From Acidobacteriota bacterium (lineage in GTDB: Bacteria > Acidobacteriota > DATKUA01 > JAFGBY01): a stretch of 57,499 nt of DNA. Positions 9,043-18,620 of the stretch are shown one piece after another. Under the pieces are notes generated by a model. It had not been told where the DNA came from, did no database searches, and was given only the letters and a program-made list of their open reading frames with translations. The stretch is from positions 1-57,499 of the forward strand of contig JAFGBY010000106.1 in the NCBI GenBank assembly GCA_016932915.1, in the 5' to 3' direction. Both the position numbers and the translations under genes were made by a program. How positions within the stretch are numbered: position 1 is the first letter of the stretch; each line of letters begins with the position of its first letter.

Positions 9043-9727
9043 CATTATTACAATCTTTCCCGGTTTTTTCGATGGCCCATTTAACCACACCCTGATTAAA
9101 AGAGCCTCTGAGCGGGACATAATCGGCATCAATATTATTGATCTGCGCGATTATACCGAGGACAAGCATCACACAGTAGATGATGCTCCTTATGGCGGAG
9201 GCAGCGGGATGGTGATGAAGCCGGAGCCTTTTTACAAGGCTTATGATGACCTGGTCGAAAGTGGACGCCTGCGAAAACATTCGCCGGTTGTTTATCTTTC
9301 ACCGACGGGCAGGAGGCTGACGCAAACGGTTGTTCATCAATACGCTGTGGTGGATGAGATATTATTCCTTTGCGGCAGGTATGAAGGAGTCGACCAGCGA
9401 GTGATTGACGGCCTCGTAACGGATGAGATTTCCATCGGGGATTACGTGATCTCCGGCGGTGAGCTTGCCGCTATGGTGATGATCGAAGCGATTACCAGGG
9501 TATTACCGGGAGCGATTAGTAAAGAGGAATCATTTATAGAAGATTCTTTTTTCAGTGGACTTTTAGATTATCCACATTATACTCGTCCACCTGAATACAG
9601 GAATATGAAGGTTCCTGACGTGTTATTGTCAGGTGACCATAAAGAGATTGAAAAATGGCGTCGGAACAGAGCTTTAGAATTAACGAAGGAAAGACGGCCT
9701 GATTTATTGGACATAGATGATGATTAG
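9032..9727 (+). CDS. trmD: tRNA (guanine37-N1)-methyltransferase TrmD
   Basis: [13 protein letters not shown]..., [35 protein letters not shown] 9032 is preferred to the in-frame TTG at 9023. Confidence 0.95.
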   Translation: MIFNIITIFPGFFDGPFNHTLIKRASERDIIGINIIDLRDYTEDKHHTVDDAPYGGGSGMVMKPEPFYKAYDDLVESGRLRKHSPVVYLSPTGRRLTQTVVHQYAVVDEILFLCGRYEGVDQRVIDGLVTDEISIGDYVISGGELAAMVMIEAITRVLPGAISKEESFIEDSFFSGLLDYPHYTRPPEYRNMKVPDVLLSGDHKEIEKWRRNRALELTKERRPDLLDIDDD

Positions 9728-9738
9728 GAGGGATTCGA

Positions 9739-10101
9739 ATGCCGAAACTACTAGATGAAATTAAAACTGAACAGATAAAGAGCGATATACCACAGTTCAA
9801 ACCTGGGGACACACTTCGTGTGCACTTCAAAATCCGTGAAGGTAATAAAGAGAGAATTCAGGTTTATGAAGGCGTATGCATTGCCCGTCATAACGACCAG
9901 ATAAACTCTACTATTACTGTTAGAAAGATTTCTTCCGGTGTCGGAGTAGAGAGAGTATTTCCGCTTCATTCTCCACTGATTGAAAAAATCGAGGTTAAGA
10001 AGCGTGGCCGTGTTCGCAGGGCTAAACTCTACTATCTGAGAAAACTCAGAGGTAAAGCCGCTAGAATTAAAGAGATCAAGGATTTCCAGACCAAGAAATA
10101 A
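9739..10101 (+). CDS. rplS: 50S ribosomal protein L19
   Basis: 120 aa. [34 protein letters not shown] is the canonical L19 sequence. GGAGGG RBS. Confidence 0.97.
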   Translation: MPKLLDEIKTEQIKSDIPQFKPGDTLRVHFKIREGNKERIQVYEGVCIARHNDQINSTITVRKISSGVGVERVFPLHSPLIEKIEVKKRGRVRRAKLYYLRKLRGKAARIKEIKDFQTKK

Positions 10102-10110
10102 TCCAGTAAA

Positions 10111-10719
10111 ATGGATGATAAGCGAAGCTTTAAGCTTGAAAAAAAGCTTCTGCAAGAGGGGTATAGGCTGATCTGCGGTGTCGATGAAGCCGGGAGGGGA
10201 TGTCTCTGCGGTCCGGTTATAGCCGGAGCATGCATTCTCGATCCTTCCCGTATCCCCGATGGAATCAAAGATTCAAAGAAATTATCTGCTGCCAAACGCG
10301 AGGTTCTTTTCCAGGAAATTACATCAACAGCGTTAGCGTGGCAGATTGGCATTGTTGAGCCTGATATTATTGATGAAATCAATATTCTGGAAGCGACTAA
10401 GCTCGCTATGCACAAATCTGTTGCAAATCTGGATAAAAAACCGGATATTGTGCTCATAGATGCCTTAAAAATAAATGACTTGCAAATAGCGCAAAAGAGC
10501 TATATAAAAGGTGACGAAGAGGTCGTCTCTATAGGTGCAGCTTCAATAATTGCAAAAGTAAGTAGAGACAGGATAATGGCTGATTATCACAATCATTTTC
10601 CACAGTACAATTTAAAATCGAATAAAGGTTACCCTACTTCCGAGCATCGTGAAGCTTTAAACCGATACGGCCCTTCGGCTATACATAGAAGAACATTTAA
10701 AGGAGTTCTACGTCACTAA
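10111..10719 (+). CDS. rnhB: Ribonuclease HII
   Basis: CGVDEAGRGCLCGPVIAGA (DEAGRG catalytic motif), DSKKLS, ASIIAKVSRD. Confidence 0.95.
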   Translation: MDDKRSFKLEKKLLQEGYRLICGVDEAGRGCLCGPVIAGACILDPSRIPDGIKDSKKLSAAKREVLFQEITSTALAWQIGIVEPDIIDEINILEATKLAMHKSVANLDKKPDIVLIDALKINDLQIAQKSYIKGDEEVVSIGAASIIAKVSRDRIMADYHNHFPQYNLKSNKGYPTSEHREALNRYGPSAIHRRTFKGVLRH

Positions 10720-10736
10720 TTAGTGAGCGTAAAATA

Positions 10737-13700
10737 ATGGCCGGCAATAAAGAAAAATATCAGAAGAGAGCAACAAAGCTTACTCAAGCCGGGAAATACG
10801 TTCAAGCGGCTGAAGAACTTCTAAAAATCATTGAAGAAACTCCAAATGATATCAATACACTGAACAAAATAGGCGATCTGTACTCACGTGGCGGGAAAGT
10901 TGTCGATGCCGTCAAACACTTTCAGACTATTGCGAACCACTATACTAAAGAAGGTTTTTACGCAAAAGCGATCGCCGTTTATAAAAAAATAACGAAGATT
11001 GACCCCAGGAATAATGGGGCATATTTTCATCTTGCTGATCTTTATGTCAAGGAAGGAATTCCAAAAGAAGCAAGAGAATCGCTCATTATCGCTGCCCAGA
11101 ATTATCTTGAACGCGGCGAAATGGATAAAGCGAGGGAAGCATACGAAAAAATTCTTGAGCTTCAGCCTGATTCATTGAAAGTCCGTATTAAACTAGCGGA
11201 GCTCTATCATAAACAGAACCGGAAAGACCAGGCAGTTGTTGAATATATAAAAATTGGCGAAGCCCTGCTTGAGAAAAATCTTGATAAGGAAGCTCAATCC
11301 GTTTATGAAAAGGTAGCCAGGATTCAGCCGGATAATATGGAAGCTGTCGAGAAACTGGTCGATATTTACACACGATCCGGAGAAAACCAGAAGGCTATCA
11401 ATCTCTATTCAGCATTACTTCAAAAAAATCCTGATAAAATCGAAGTACTCAAAGCCCTGGGTACGACTTACTATAATATCAATGAAGTTAAAAAAGCGGC
11501 AGAGATCATCAAACGTGTTCTAACAAAAGACCCGGATGATCCAGAAACTCTTCATATAATGGCGAAAATTTCCCTTCAGGAAAATAATATTAACGATGCT
11601 TGTATGTATTATCTGAAGGTTATTGAACTGAAATTCCCGAATGGCCCCGATGCTTCTACTCCTGATATGTTAAAACCTCTGATCGAAAAAGACCCATATT
11701 GTCTGCATGCTCTCGAGAAGCAGCTCGATATTTATTCGGTACTTTCAGATACAGGGAACACAATCCTATCATATGAGAAGCTTGGTGTTGCTTATCGTCA
11801 TCATAATATGATTGATAAAGCTATCGCGGCTTATGAGAAGGTACTCGATTACAGCCCGGAAAATAAAAAAGCTCAAATAGCAATATCCGAATTAAATAAA
11901 GTCCAGCTTGATCAGATTCCACAGTCGAGAGAAACAAAAGAAGCAATTGGAAACGATGAGGATATTATAGCAATTGGTGAGGTTGATTTCGGGCTGGAAA
12001 GTTCGGGCGGTGAAAAAACGACATCAAAACCTGTTAAATCCGAAGGACTTGATTTATCTCCCAGCACTGAATTTGCCCCTGAACAACCAGCGAGACCACC
12101 GGTTCAAGAGGAAGAAGTTCCAGTTAAAACACCATCCGCGAAACTGACAACCCCTGAAGAATTTGCTGCCAAAGATAAAGAAGGTCTAAAGAATGAAGAA
12201 ATTTATGAAATCGAAATATTAATTAAATATGGCTTGCTCGATAAAGCTAAATCCAGGCTGATTCCCCTGGAACAGGAATATCCGAAATATGTTGAAATAA
12301 AAAGCCTACTGAGAGGGATATATCTCGAACAGGGAGACAGGCTTAACGCGACTCTTAAAGCCCTGGATATTGCAGAATTGCAATCTGAAATTTCTCCTGA
12401 AGATGCTGATGAAATGAAGCAGGAAGCTCTGAAGGTTCTCAGAGAGTTGCATCAGCAGGGCGAGAAGATGCCCCCGGAAGTTCTCGCTATGATCGGTGAG
12501 GGTGCAGTGGCTGCTGAGCCTGCCAGGCCAGTTAAGCCTGCTCCACCCAAACCTCAACCCGCAGAAAGAGAAGTTCCCGAACCTTATGTTGCTGAATCAC
12601 CGGAAGTTAATTATGAAATTAAAAGCAAACCTCAGCCGGTAATTGCGATTGCAGATATAGGTGAAGATACATCAGGCGAGATTGAAATTGTCGATGATGA
12701 AGATTCTGCTCCTATAGATTATAACGCTAAAGCATCTTCTGTAGCTCAAGATGATTATGACAGTGATGTCGTTTCGGTAGATATCCCGATTGATGATTTA
12801 CAAGCAGATGAAATCGATACCGGATCTGGATATAATAATGAACAGGTTGATAATTTCATTCAGGACGCTTTTAATGAACAACCTCCGATGGGTGGAATGT
12901 CAGCTGATTCAGGATATCAATCAAACCTTAAAATAGATGACCTGTTTTCTGCAATCGCAACGGACACACCAGCTCCCCCTGCCAGATCCTATCAACCCTC
13001 GCCACAAATTACTAATGACAGCCTACAACAGATAAGTATGCAACCGGCGGAGGAAGATATCAGCGATGAGATGCTACTGGAGAGCCTGGGTGGTGGTGTA
13101 GATATTCCCCTGGACGACAGCTTGCTTGGGGATGCCGATATATCTGATGTTTTTGAATCTTCTGTGATGGTCGGTGAGGATAAATCTCTTATCTTCGAGA
13201 TTGAAGAAGTAGATTTTTATCTCAATCAGGATTTTCTCGAAGAAGCGAAATCAAAACTTCAGGATCTTCAATCCAGGTTTCCTGACAACCAGGGACTGAA
13301 AGAGCGACTTAAAGTATTGGCGGAAAAATATGCCGCTACGGAAATAAAACAGCTGCATGATGAAGTAACTGATTTTAAAGACCTGTTTGAGGATGAAGAT
13401 ACACCTATTCCAATATATGATTCGGGTGGTTTGGCATCCGAGATGGATGCGTTTTTAGAGGACGATTCCCCAGCAAAACCGGCAAGTATAAATAGAACCC
13501 AGGAGCCGATTGAGAAAGCATCTCCAGCTGTATCAAATGCAAATCTTTTTGATGAAGCGCAGGACTTCTTTAATATTACTTCAGAACTTGAAGATGAAAT
13601 TTTCATTCCCAGCCCAACCACCAATGTGAACCTGGAAGCGCAACTCGAATCTATTTTTGATGAATTCCGTGATGAGGTAAATGAAAGCCTCAGTGAAAAT

Positions 13701-14063
13701 GATTATGAGACCAGGTATAACCTGGGAATTGCATATAAAGAGATGGATCTTCTTGATGAAGCTATACAGGAATTCCAGGCAGCTGTAAAAGGGAAGACAC
13801 ACTCTGTCGATGCTGCCTCGATGTTAGGTTACTGCTTTATCGAAAAAGAGATGCCGCCGCAGGCGATACAATGGTTCCATAAGGCTATCTCAAGTTATCC
13901 GCAGGGTGTTATAGACGAGAAGATACTGGGGCTTAAATGCGCGCTTGCAGAGGCGTATCTCTTGAACGACGACAGAATGCAGGCGGCCCAGATTACACAG
14001 GAAATAAACCAGATTAATCCCCATTTCCCAGGCCTGCAGGATCTTTTGCAGCGTATTCATTAA
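10737..14063 (+). CDS. Giant TPR-repeat protein with a long acidic/proline-rich disordered core
   Basis: 1108 aa. About 390 N-terminal residues of TPR units (AIAVYKKITKIDPRN, AREAYEKILELQPD, ...). A central D/E/P/S-rich low-complexity stretch. C-terminal TPRs (YNLGIAYKEMDLLDEAIQEFQAAV). Confidence 0.8.
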   Translation: MAGNKEKYQKRATKLTQAGKYVQAAEELLKIIEETPNDINTLNKIGDLYSRGGKVVDAVKHFQTIANHYTKEGFYAKAIAVYKKITKIDPRNNGAYFHLADLYVKEGIPKEARESLIIAAQNYLERGEMDKAREAYEKILELQPDSLKVRIKLAELYHKQNRKDQAVVEYIKIGEALLEKNLDKEAQSVYEKVARIQPDNMEAVEKLVDIYTRSGENQKAINLYSALLQKNPDKIEVLKALGTTYYNINEVKKAAEIIKRVLTKDPDDPETLHIMAKISLQENNINDACMYYLKVIELKFPNGPDASTPDMLKPLIEKDPYCLHALEKQLDIYSVLSDTGNTILSYEKLGVAYRHHNMIDKAIAAYEKVLDYSPENKKAQIAISELNKVQLDQIPQSRETKEAIGNDEDIIAIGEVDFGLESSGGEKTTSKPVKSEGLDLSPSTEFAPEQPARPPVQEEEVPVKTPSAKLTTPEEFAAKDKEGLKNEEIYEIEILIKYGLLDKAKSRLIPLEQEYPKYVEIKSLLRGIYLEQGDRLNATLKALDIAELQSEISPEDADEMKQEALKVLRELHQQGEKMPPEVLAMIGEGAVAAEPARPVKPAPPKPQPAEREVPEPYVAESPEVNYEIKSKPQPVIAIADIGEDTSGEIEIVDDEDSAPIDYNAKASSVAQDDYDSDVVSVDIPIDDLQADEIDTGSGYNNEQVDNFIQDAFNEQPPMGGMSADSGYQSNLKIDDLFSAIATDTPAPPARSYQPSPQITNDSLQQISMQPAEEDISDEMLLESLGGGVDIPLDDSLLGDADISDVFESSVMVGEDKSLIFEIEEVDFYLNQDFLEEAKSKLQDLQSRFPDNQGLKERLKVLAEKYAATEIKQLHDEVTDFKDLFEDEDTPIPIYDSGGLASEMDAFLEDDSPAKPASINRTQEPIEKASPAVSNANLFDEAQDFFNITSELEDEIFIPSPTTNVNLEAQLESIFDEFRDEVNESLSENDYETRYNLGIAYKEMDLLDEAIQEFQAAVKGKTHSVDAASMLGYCFIEKEMPPQAIQWFHKAISSYPQGVIDEKILGLKCALAEAYLLNDDRMQAAQITQEINQINPHFPGLQDLLQRIH

Positions 14064-14155
14064 TTTTCTTTCCAGCGTTATAATGCACTTGATTCAATCA
14101 GTTATGCGTTCTATTGTTACATCTTATTTTAAATATCAATCGGAGGGATGACCGG

Positions 14156-15652
14156 ATGACGGTAAGAGTACGTTTTGCGCCCAGTCCAACTGGGCATCTT
14201 CATGTAGGAAATGTGAGAACTGCACTTTTTAACTGGTTATATGCCAGGAAACAGGACGGAACTGTAATTCTGAGAATTGAGGATACAGATCTTGAGAGAT
14301 CAACAATTGAATCCGAGCAGATGATTTTCCAGGACATGGAATGGCTCGGCCTGGATTGGGATGAAGGGCCGGATAAAGGTGGAGAGTTCGGGCCGTACCG
14401 TCAATCCGAACGTCAGGAAATTTACGCTGCGCATGCGCAGCAATTATTGGATGAAGGGAAAGCTTATTACTGCTTCTGTACCCCGGAAGAGTTGGAAGCG
14501 GAGAGAGTAAAAGCGGCCGCCGAGAACCGCCCGCCTAAATACAACAGGAAATGCCTGTCTCTTACTGAAGCTGAGGTAAATGAAAAACTGGCAAGTGGTA
14601 TACCAGCCAGTATCCGCTTTAAAACGCCGGATAACGAAACTGTTTTTTGGTATGATATCGTTAAAGGAAAAACCGAGATTCCCACGGATGTAATCGGTGA
14701 TCAAATCATAGTCAGGGCAAGCGGCGTCCCACGGTACAATTTTGCAGTTGTTATCGATGACCACCTGATGGAGATATCTCATATTGTCCGCGGTGATGAT
14801 CATGTACCGAATACTCCTCTCCAGCTTCTTATATTCCGCGCTTTCGGCTGGGAAGAACCGAAATTCGCACATCTTTCGATGATAGTTGGTGAGGATCATG
14901 CCCGCCTCAGTAAAAGGCATGGAGCGACTTCTGTTAACCAGTTCCGTGAACAGGGATACCTTCATGAAGCTTTCATAAATTATCTCGCGCTTTTAGGCTG
15001 GTCACCAGGAGAGGGTGAAGAGAAGCTTCAGGTTGATAAGCTGATAGAGAAATTTTCTTTAAAGAAAGTGAACTCCAGTCCCGCGGTTTTTGATGTGAAA
15101 AAGTTAAACTGGCTGAATGCCGGTTATATTCATGAACTGGATGATGAAAAACTGGCAAACCTTTTAATCCCTGTTTTGCAGGATGGTGGCTTTTTACCTG
15201 GAGAATTAACCAAATCTATTAAAACCTGGATGATTCAATATGCCTCGGCAGTGAAAACGAACCTTGTAACGATTAATGATGTATTGAATGAATTTAAGTT
15301 GCTTACGGAGTTCGAACCGTCTGCTATTGAATCCGGCAGTGAAGAATACACAATTATCACTGAAGAGGGTGTGGGGAAACTGATAGGCCAGCTACAGGAT
15401 GAAATAGGTGAAATTCCACCAGTCGATAAGGATAAATACAGAGAGATGATGGGTTCTCTGATGTCTAAGGCTGAAAGAAAGGGCAAGAAGCTGTTTCATC
15501 CAATACGGATTGCTGTAACCGGTAGGCTCTCAGGTATGGAGCTCGATTTTCTTATCCCTTTGTTGGAAACAGGATCGAAGCTTGACCTGCCTGTTAAAAT
15601 ATTACCGCTGGATGAAAGACTCAATCGAATAAGGAAACACTTTTTTAAATGA
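14156..15652 (+). CDS. gltX: Glutamate--tRNA ligase
   Basis: MTVRVRFAPSPTGHLHVGN (HIGH motif) and LSKRHG (KMSKS-type motif). Start moved to ATG 14156, in frame 14 codons inside the track ORF and preceded by GGAGGG. Confidence 0.95.
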   Translation: MTVRVRFAPSPTGHLHVGNVRTALFNWLYARKQDGTVILRIEDTDLERSTIESEQMIFQDMEWLGLDWDEGPDKGGEFGPYRQSERQEIYAAHAQQLLDEGKAYYCFCTPEELEAERVKAAAENRPPKYNRKCLSLTEAEVNEKLASGIPASIRFKTPDNETVFWYDIVKGKTEIPTDVIGDQIIVRASGVPRYNFAVVIDDHLMEISHIVRGDDHVPNTPLQLLIFRAFGWEEPKFAHLSMIVGEDHARLSKRHGATSVNQFREQGYLHEAFINYLALLGWSPGEGEEKLQVDKLIEKFSLKKVNSSPAVFDVKKLNWLNAGYIHELDDEKLANLLIPVLQDGGFLPGELTKSIKTWMIQYASAVKTNLVTINDVLNEFKLLTEFEPSAIESGSEEYTIITEEGVGKLIGQLQDEIGEIPPVDKDKYREMMGSLMSKAERKGKKLFHPIRIAVTGRLSGMELDFLIPLLETGSKLDLPVKILPLDERLNRIRKHFFK

Positions 15653-16368
15653 CGATGCTGATTTACGGTAAAAACCCGGTTAGATACTATATCAAATTTT
15701 TTCCTGGGGATATCCAGGAGGTGATGACTGCCAGTGAACCACTGGAAAAGGTGATTCCTGAATCCGTGAACAAAGGCATCCGTTCGAGGAAGGTTGGTAA
15801 GGATTTTTTCGAAAAGGAATTTCGGGGAGCGAATCACCAGCATATAGCCGCCAGGGTGAATGATTATCCATATGCGGATTTCCATCTCATAGAGGCTCGG
15901 GCGGATTCAGTGGTACTTCTTCTGGATGGTGTTCAGGATCCGGCAAATCTTGGAGCGATCTTGCGTTCGGGCGAGGCAATGGGAGTGGATGCTGTAATTA
16001 TTGCGAAAGACCGGGCTGCCGCTGTCACTCCAGCTGTTATTCGGGCATCATCGGGCGCTGCAAGGGGTGTAAATGTATGTATGGTGACTAATATTACCCG
16101 CGCTATAGAGGATTTGAAAGAAATCGGTTTCTGGGTGCTCGCAGTGGACATGGATAAAGATGCAGTCCCGATATATAAATATAAAATGGAGACGGCGACC
16201 GCTTTCCTGCTGGGCGGTGAAGGAAAAGGCGTAAGAAGACTTCCGAAGGAAAAAACAGATCTTATAGTGACCGTTCCGATGCCCGGAAAGGTCGATTCTA
16301 TGAACGTTTCGGTCACTGCAGCCGTTATATTATATGAAGCGATGCGTCAAAAACGCTCACAAAAATAA
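15649..16368 (+). CDS. SpoU/TrmH-family RNA 2'-O-methyltransferase (RlmB-like)
   Basis: N-terminal substrate-binding region (IYGKNPV), then SpoU motifs VQDPANLGAILRS, LLGGEGKGV and SMNVSVTAAVILYE. ATGA overlap with the gltX stop. Confidence 0.85.
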   Translation: MTMLIYGKNPVRYYIKFFPGDIQEVMTASEPLEKVIPESVNKGIRSRKVGKDFFEKEFRGANHQHIAARVNDYPYADFHLIEARADSVVLLLDGVQDPANLGAILRSGEAMGVDAVIIAKDRAAAVTPAVIRASSGAARGVNVCMVTNITRAIEDLKEIGFWVLAVDMDKDAVPIYKYKMETATAFLLGGEGKGVRRLPKEKTDLIVTVPMPGKVDSMNVSVTAAVILYEAMRQKRSQK

Positions 16369-16426
16369 AACTTGATTATTTTAAAAAATGCACCTAACTT
16401 ACAATTGAGAATAGAGATTTAACGCA

Positions 16427-16723
16427 ATGAGCGAGAAAGATATTACAAAACTGATTGAACGGATCGGAGAGCTCCTTTCTGACCTTATAAATAATTCTGA
16501 AGAACTGAAAGTCCTTCTGGATGAGGTGCGTGAGATCGGCCATATTCCTGCCATTGCTATAGAAGCCAGGCTTACTCTTTACGATGAAATTGATGATGAT
16601 GAAGAATATATCGAGGAAACCCAGCTTCTTCTTCCCGCAGCGAATATTGAAGATGAATTTAAAGAACTTCTCACAGATGATGATGAGACTTTCCTAAAAT
16701 CAATCAATATCAAAAACTCCTAA
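16427..16723 (+). CDS. Hypothetical highly acidic 98-aa protein
   Basis: Intact ORF in an otherwise gene-free gap, with D/E-rich runs (DEIDDDEEYIEE, LTDDDETF). No recognisable domain. Confidence 0.45.
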   Translation: MSEKDITKLIERIGELLSDLINNSEELKVLLDEVREIGHIPAIAIEARLTLYDEIDDDEEYIEETQLLLPAANIEDEFKELLTDDDETFLKSINIKNS

Positions 16724-16809
16724 AAATACTTCCATTTTCCACCCAATAATTAAAAATTGTGCTATTCTTTAAATAATATTAGAATTATGGCTGTAATTAT
16801 CCAAATGAG

Positions 16810-16992
16810 GTGATAAAAGTGGCGATTGATAAAGAATTATTGGAAATACTTGCCTGCCCATCGTGTCATGGGGATTTAAAAGAAGTAAATAAAGGCGCAG
16901 GCCTTAAATGTCAGGCGTGTGGGTTACTTTACCCGGTAAAGGATGGGATTCCGATTCTGCTGATTGAACAAGCTAAAAAAGAAGAAAAGTAA
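16810..16992 (+). CDS. Trm112/YcaR (UPF0434) family zinc-ribbon protein
   Basis: 60 aa. LLEILACPSCHGDL...LKCQACGLLYPVKDGIPILLIEQA is the family signature. Confidence 0.85.
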   Translation: MIKVAIDKELLEILACPSCHGDLKEVNKGAGLKCQACGLLYPVKDGIPILLIEQAKKEEK

Positions 16993-17016
16993 GAACACAG
17001 GTAAAGTAAGGAGTAG

Positions 17017-18012
17017 TTGTACGTGCCGCATCGCGATGAAATGATGAAGTTTATTGATGGTTTTGCCGGGAAAAAAATTATGGTTGTCGGTGATTTAATG
17101 TTGGACCGCTTTATCTACGGCAGCGTAGATCGGATTTCCCCGGAGGCGCCTGTGCCAGTCGTCAGGGTGAAGAATGAGGTCAATAAACTCGGCGGTTCTG
17201 GTAATGTGGTTCAAAACATTAAAGCTCTTGGGGCTGAGCCGGTTCTGATTGGGATCACCGGGGATGACCAGGAAGCCGAGACAGTCCAGCAGCTGATGGA
17301 AAGCTCTGCGCTTTCTACGGATGGAGTAATAAAGATCTCTGGAAGGCCGACAACTATTAAGACAAGGATACTTGCCGAAAGGCAACAGGTTGTGAGGCTG
17401 GATAATGAGGATGACGAAGCGCTCAACGGCGGAATTTTAACTAAAGTTCTTGAACGCATCGACAAATTTCTAGGGGCTGCTGATGCTGTTATCGTCTCAG
17501 ATTATAGCAAAGGGCTTGTTACCGAAAAACTGATGGAGCATTTAACCTCCAGCCTGGAAGAGGGAAAATTGCTTGCTATTGACCCTAAACCTAGCAACCA
17601 TAGATGTTATAAAAATGCCGGTGTTATAACCCCAAATTTTAAGGAAACATCCGAGATTTCATTGGTAAAGATTAAAGATGATAAGGATCTCGTGGAAGCG
17701 GCATCCAGGATTTTTGAAATGCTCAACTGTAAATCACTCCTGATTACGCTGGGTGAAAAAGGAATGGCAATTTTTGATGGGCCGAATTCCGCGATGAAAA
17801 GTCTCGATACCAGGGCAAGAGAAGTTTTTGATGTAACCGGCGCTGGTGATACCGTTATCTCCGCATTTTCTCTGGCAAAGGCAGCCGGGGCGGATATGCT
17901 GACCGCGGCGGAAATCGCCAACTACGCTGCCGGCATCGTGGTATCAAAACTCGGCACGGCGACTGTCACATCATCCGAACTGAAGGAATATATTCTTACC
18001 CACACCTCGTAA
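17017..18012 (+). CDS. hldA: D-glycero-beta-D-manno-heptose-7-phosphate kinase (RfaE domain I type, PfkB family)
   Basis: KIMVVGDLMLDRFIYGSVDRISPEAPVPVVRV and the C-terminal DVTGAGDTVISAF. Kinase domain only. The start is uncertain: TTG 17017, GTG 17023 or ATG 17041, all in frame. Confidence 0.82.
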   Translation: MYVPHRDEMMKFIDGFAGKKIMVVGDLMLDRFIYGSVDRISPEAPVPVVRVKNEVNKLGGSGNVVQNIKALGAEPVLIGITGDDQEAETVQQLMESSALSTDGVIKISGRPTTIKTRILAERQQVVRLDNEDDEALNGGILTKVLERIDKFLGAADAVIVSDYSKGLVTEKLMEHLTSSLEEGKLLAIDPKPSNHRCYKNAGVITPNFKETSEISLVKIKDDKDLVEAASRIFEMLNCKSLLITLGEKGMAIFDGPNSAMKSLDTRAREVFDVTGAGDTVISAFSLAKAAGADMLTAAEIANYAAGIVVSKLGTATVTSSELKEYILTHTS

Positions 18013-18620
18013 TGTATTGTATGTTTAGAAATAAATTTTTTGCATTTATACTGATATTTTTGGCTGCAGTCTTCATGGCAGTTCTTGTATCACCTCAGGT
18101 TACAGGGACAAAGGATAAAATCAGCATTAGGGTCAAAGATGCCGATGTACGTGATATCCTGATTATGCTTGCCGATGTCACCGAGAAAAACATCATCCTC
18201 GATCCGCAGGTTAAAGGCAAGGTCACTCTGAACCTGAAAGATGTAACATTCAAACAGGCGTTGGACGCTATCCTGTTTTTCAATGACTTAGGATATATAG
18301 AGTTTAAAACCGGTGGCGGGGTTGTTGCGCCATATGATAGGTTAAAAAATGCTTTAAATTCATCAATATCTGGTAAAAACTCAGGTGATGAATCCGTTTC
18401 CGAACCAATAATACTCAAAATACCGATGAGCTTCGAGACAGCCCAAAAAATCTGGCCAACGATCAGGAAGATGTTCAGCCCGGAAGGGAGATTCCAGTAT
18501 GACAGGGATTCGAAGGTCGCGAGGGTCGTCGATTATCCCGAAAAAGCCGAAGAGATAATGAACTATATTTTAATGACAATAGATTCTGTGAGGGGAAAAG
18601 AAAATAATGACGGAAAGTAG
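18012..18620 (+). CDS. Secreted protein resembling secretin N0 (STN) + N1 domains, with no beta-barrel
   Basis: 202 aa. Signal/anchor FFAFILIFLAAVFMAVLV. ISIRVKDADVRDILIMLADVTEKNIILDPQVKGKVTLNLKDVTFKQALDAIL resembles the PilQ/GspD N0 domain. SKVARVVDYPEKAEEIMNYILMTID resembles secretin N1. The start overlaps the hldA stop. Confidence 0.55.
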   Translation: MYCMFRNKFFAFILIFLAAVFMAVLVSPQVTGTKDKISIRVKDADVRDILIMLADVTEKNIILDPQVKGKVTLNLKDVTFKQALDAILFFNDLGYIEFKTGGGVVAPYDRLKNALNSSISGKNSGDESVSEPIILKIPMSFETAQKIWPTIRKMFSPEGRFQYDRDSKVARVVDYPEKAEEIMNYILMTIDSVRGKENNDGK

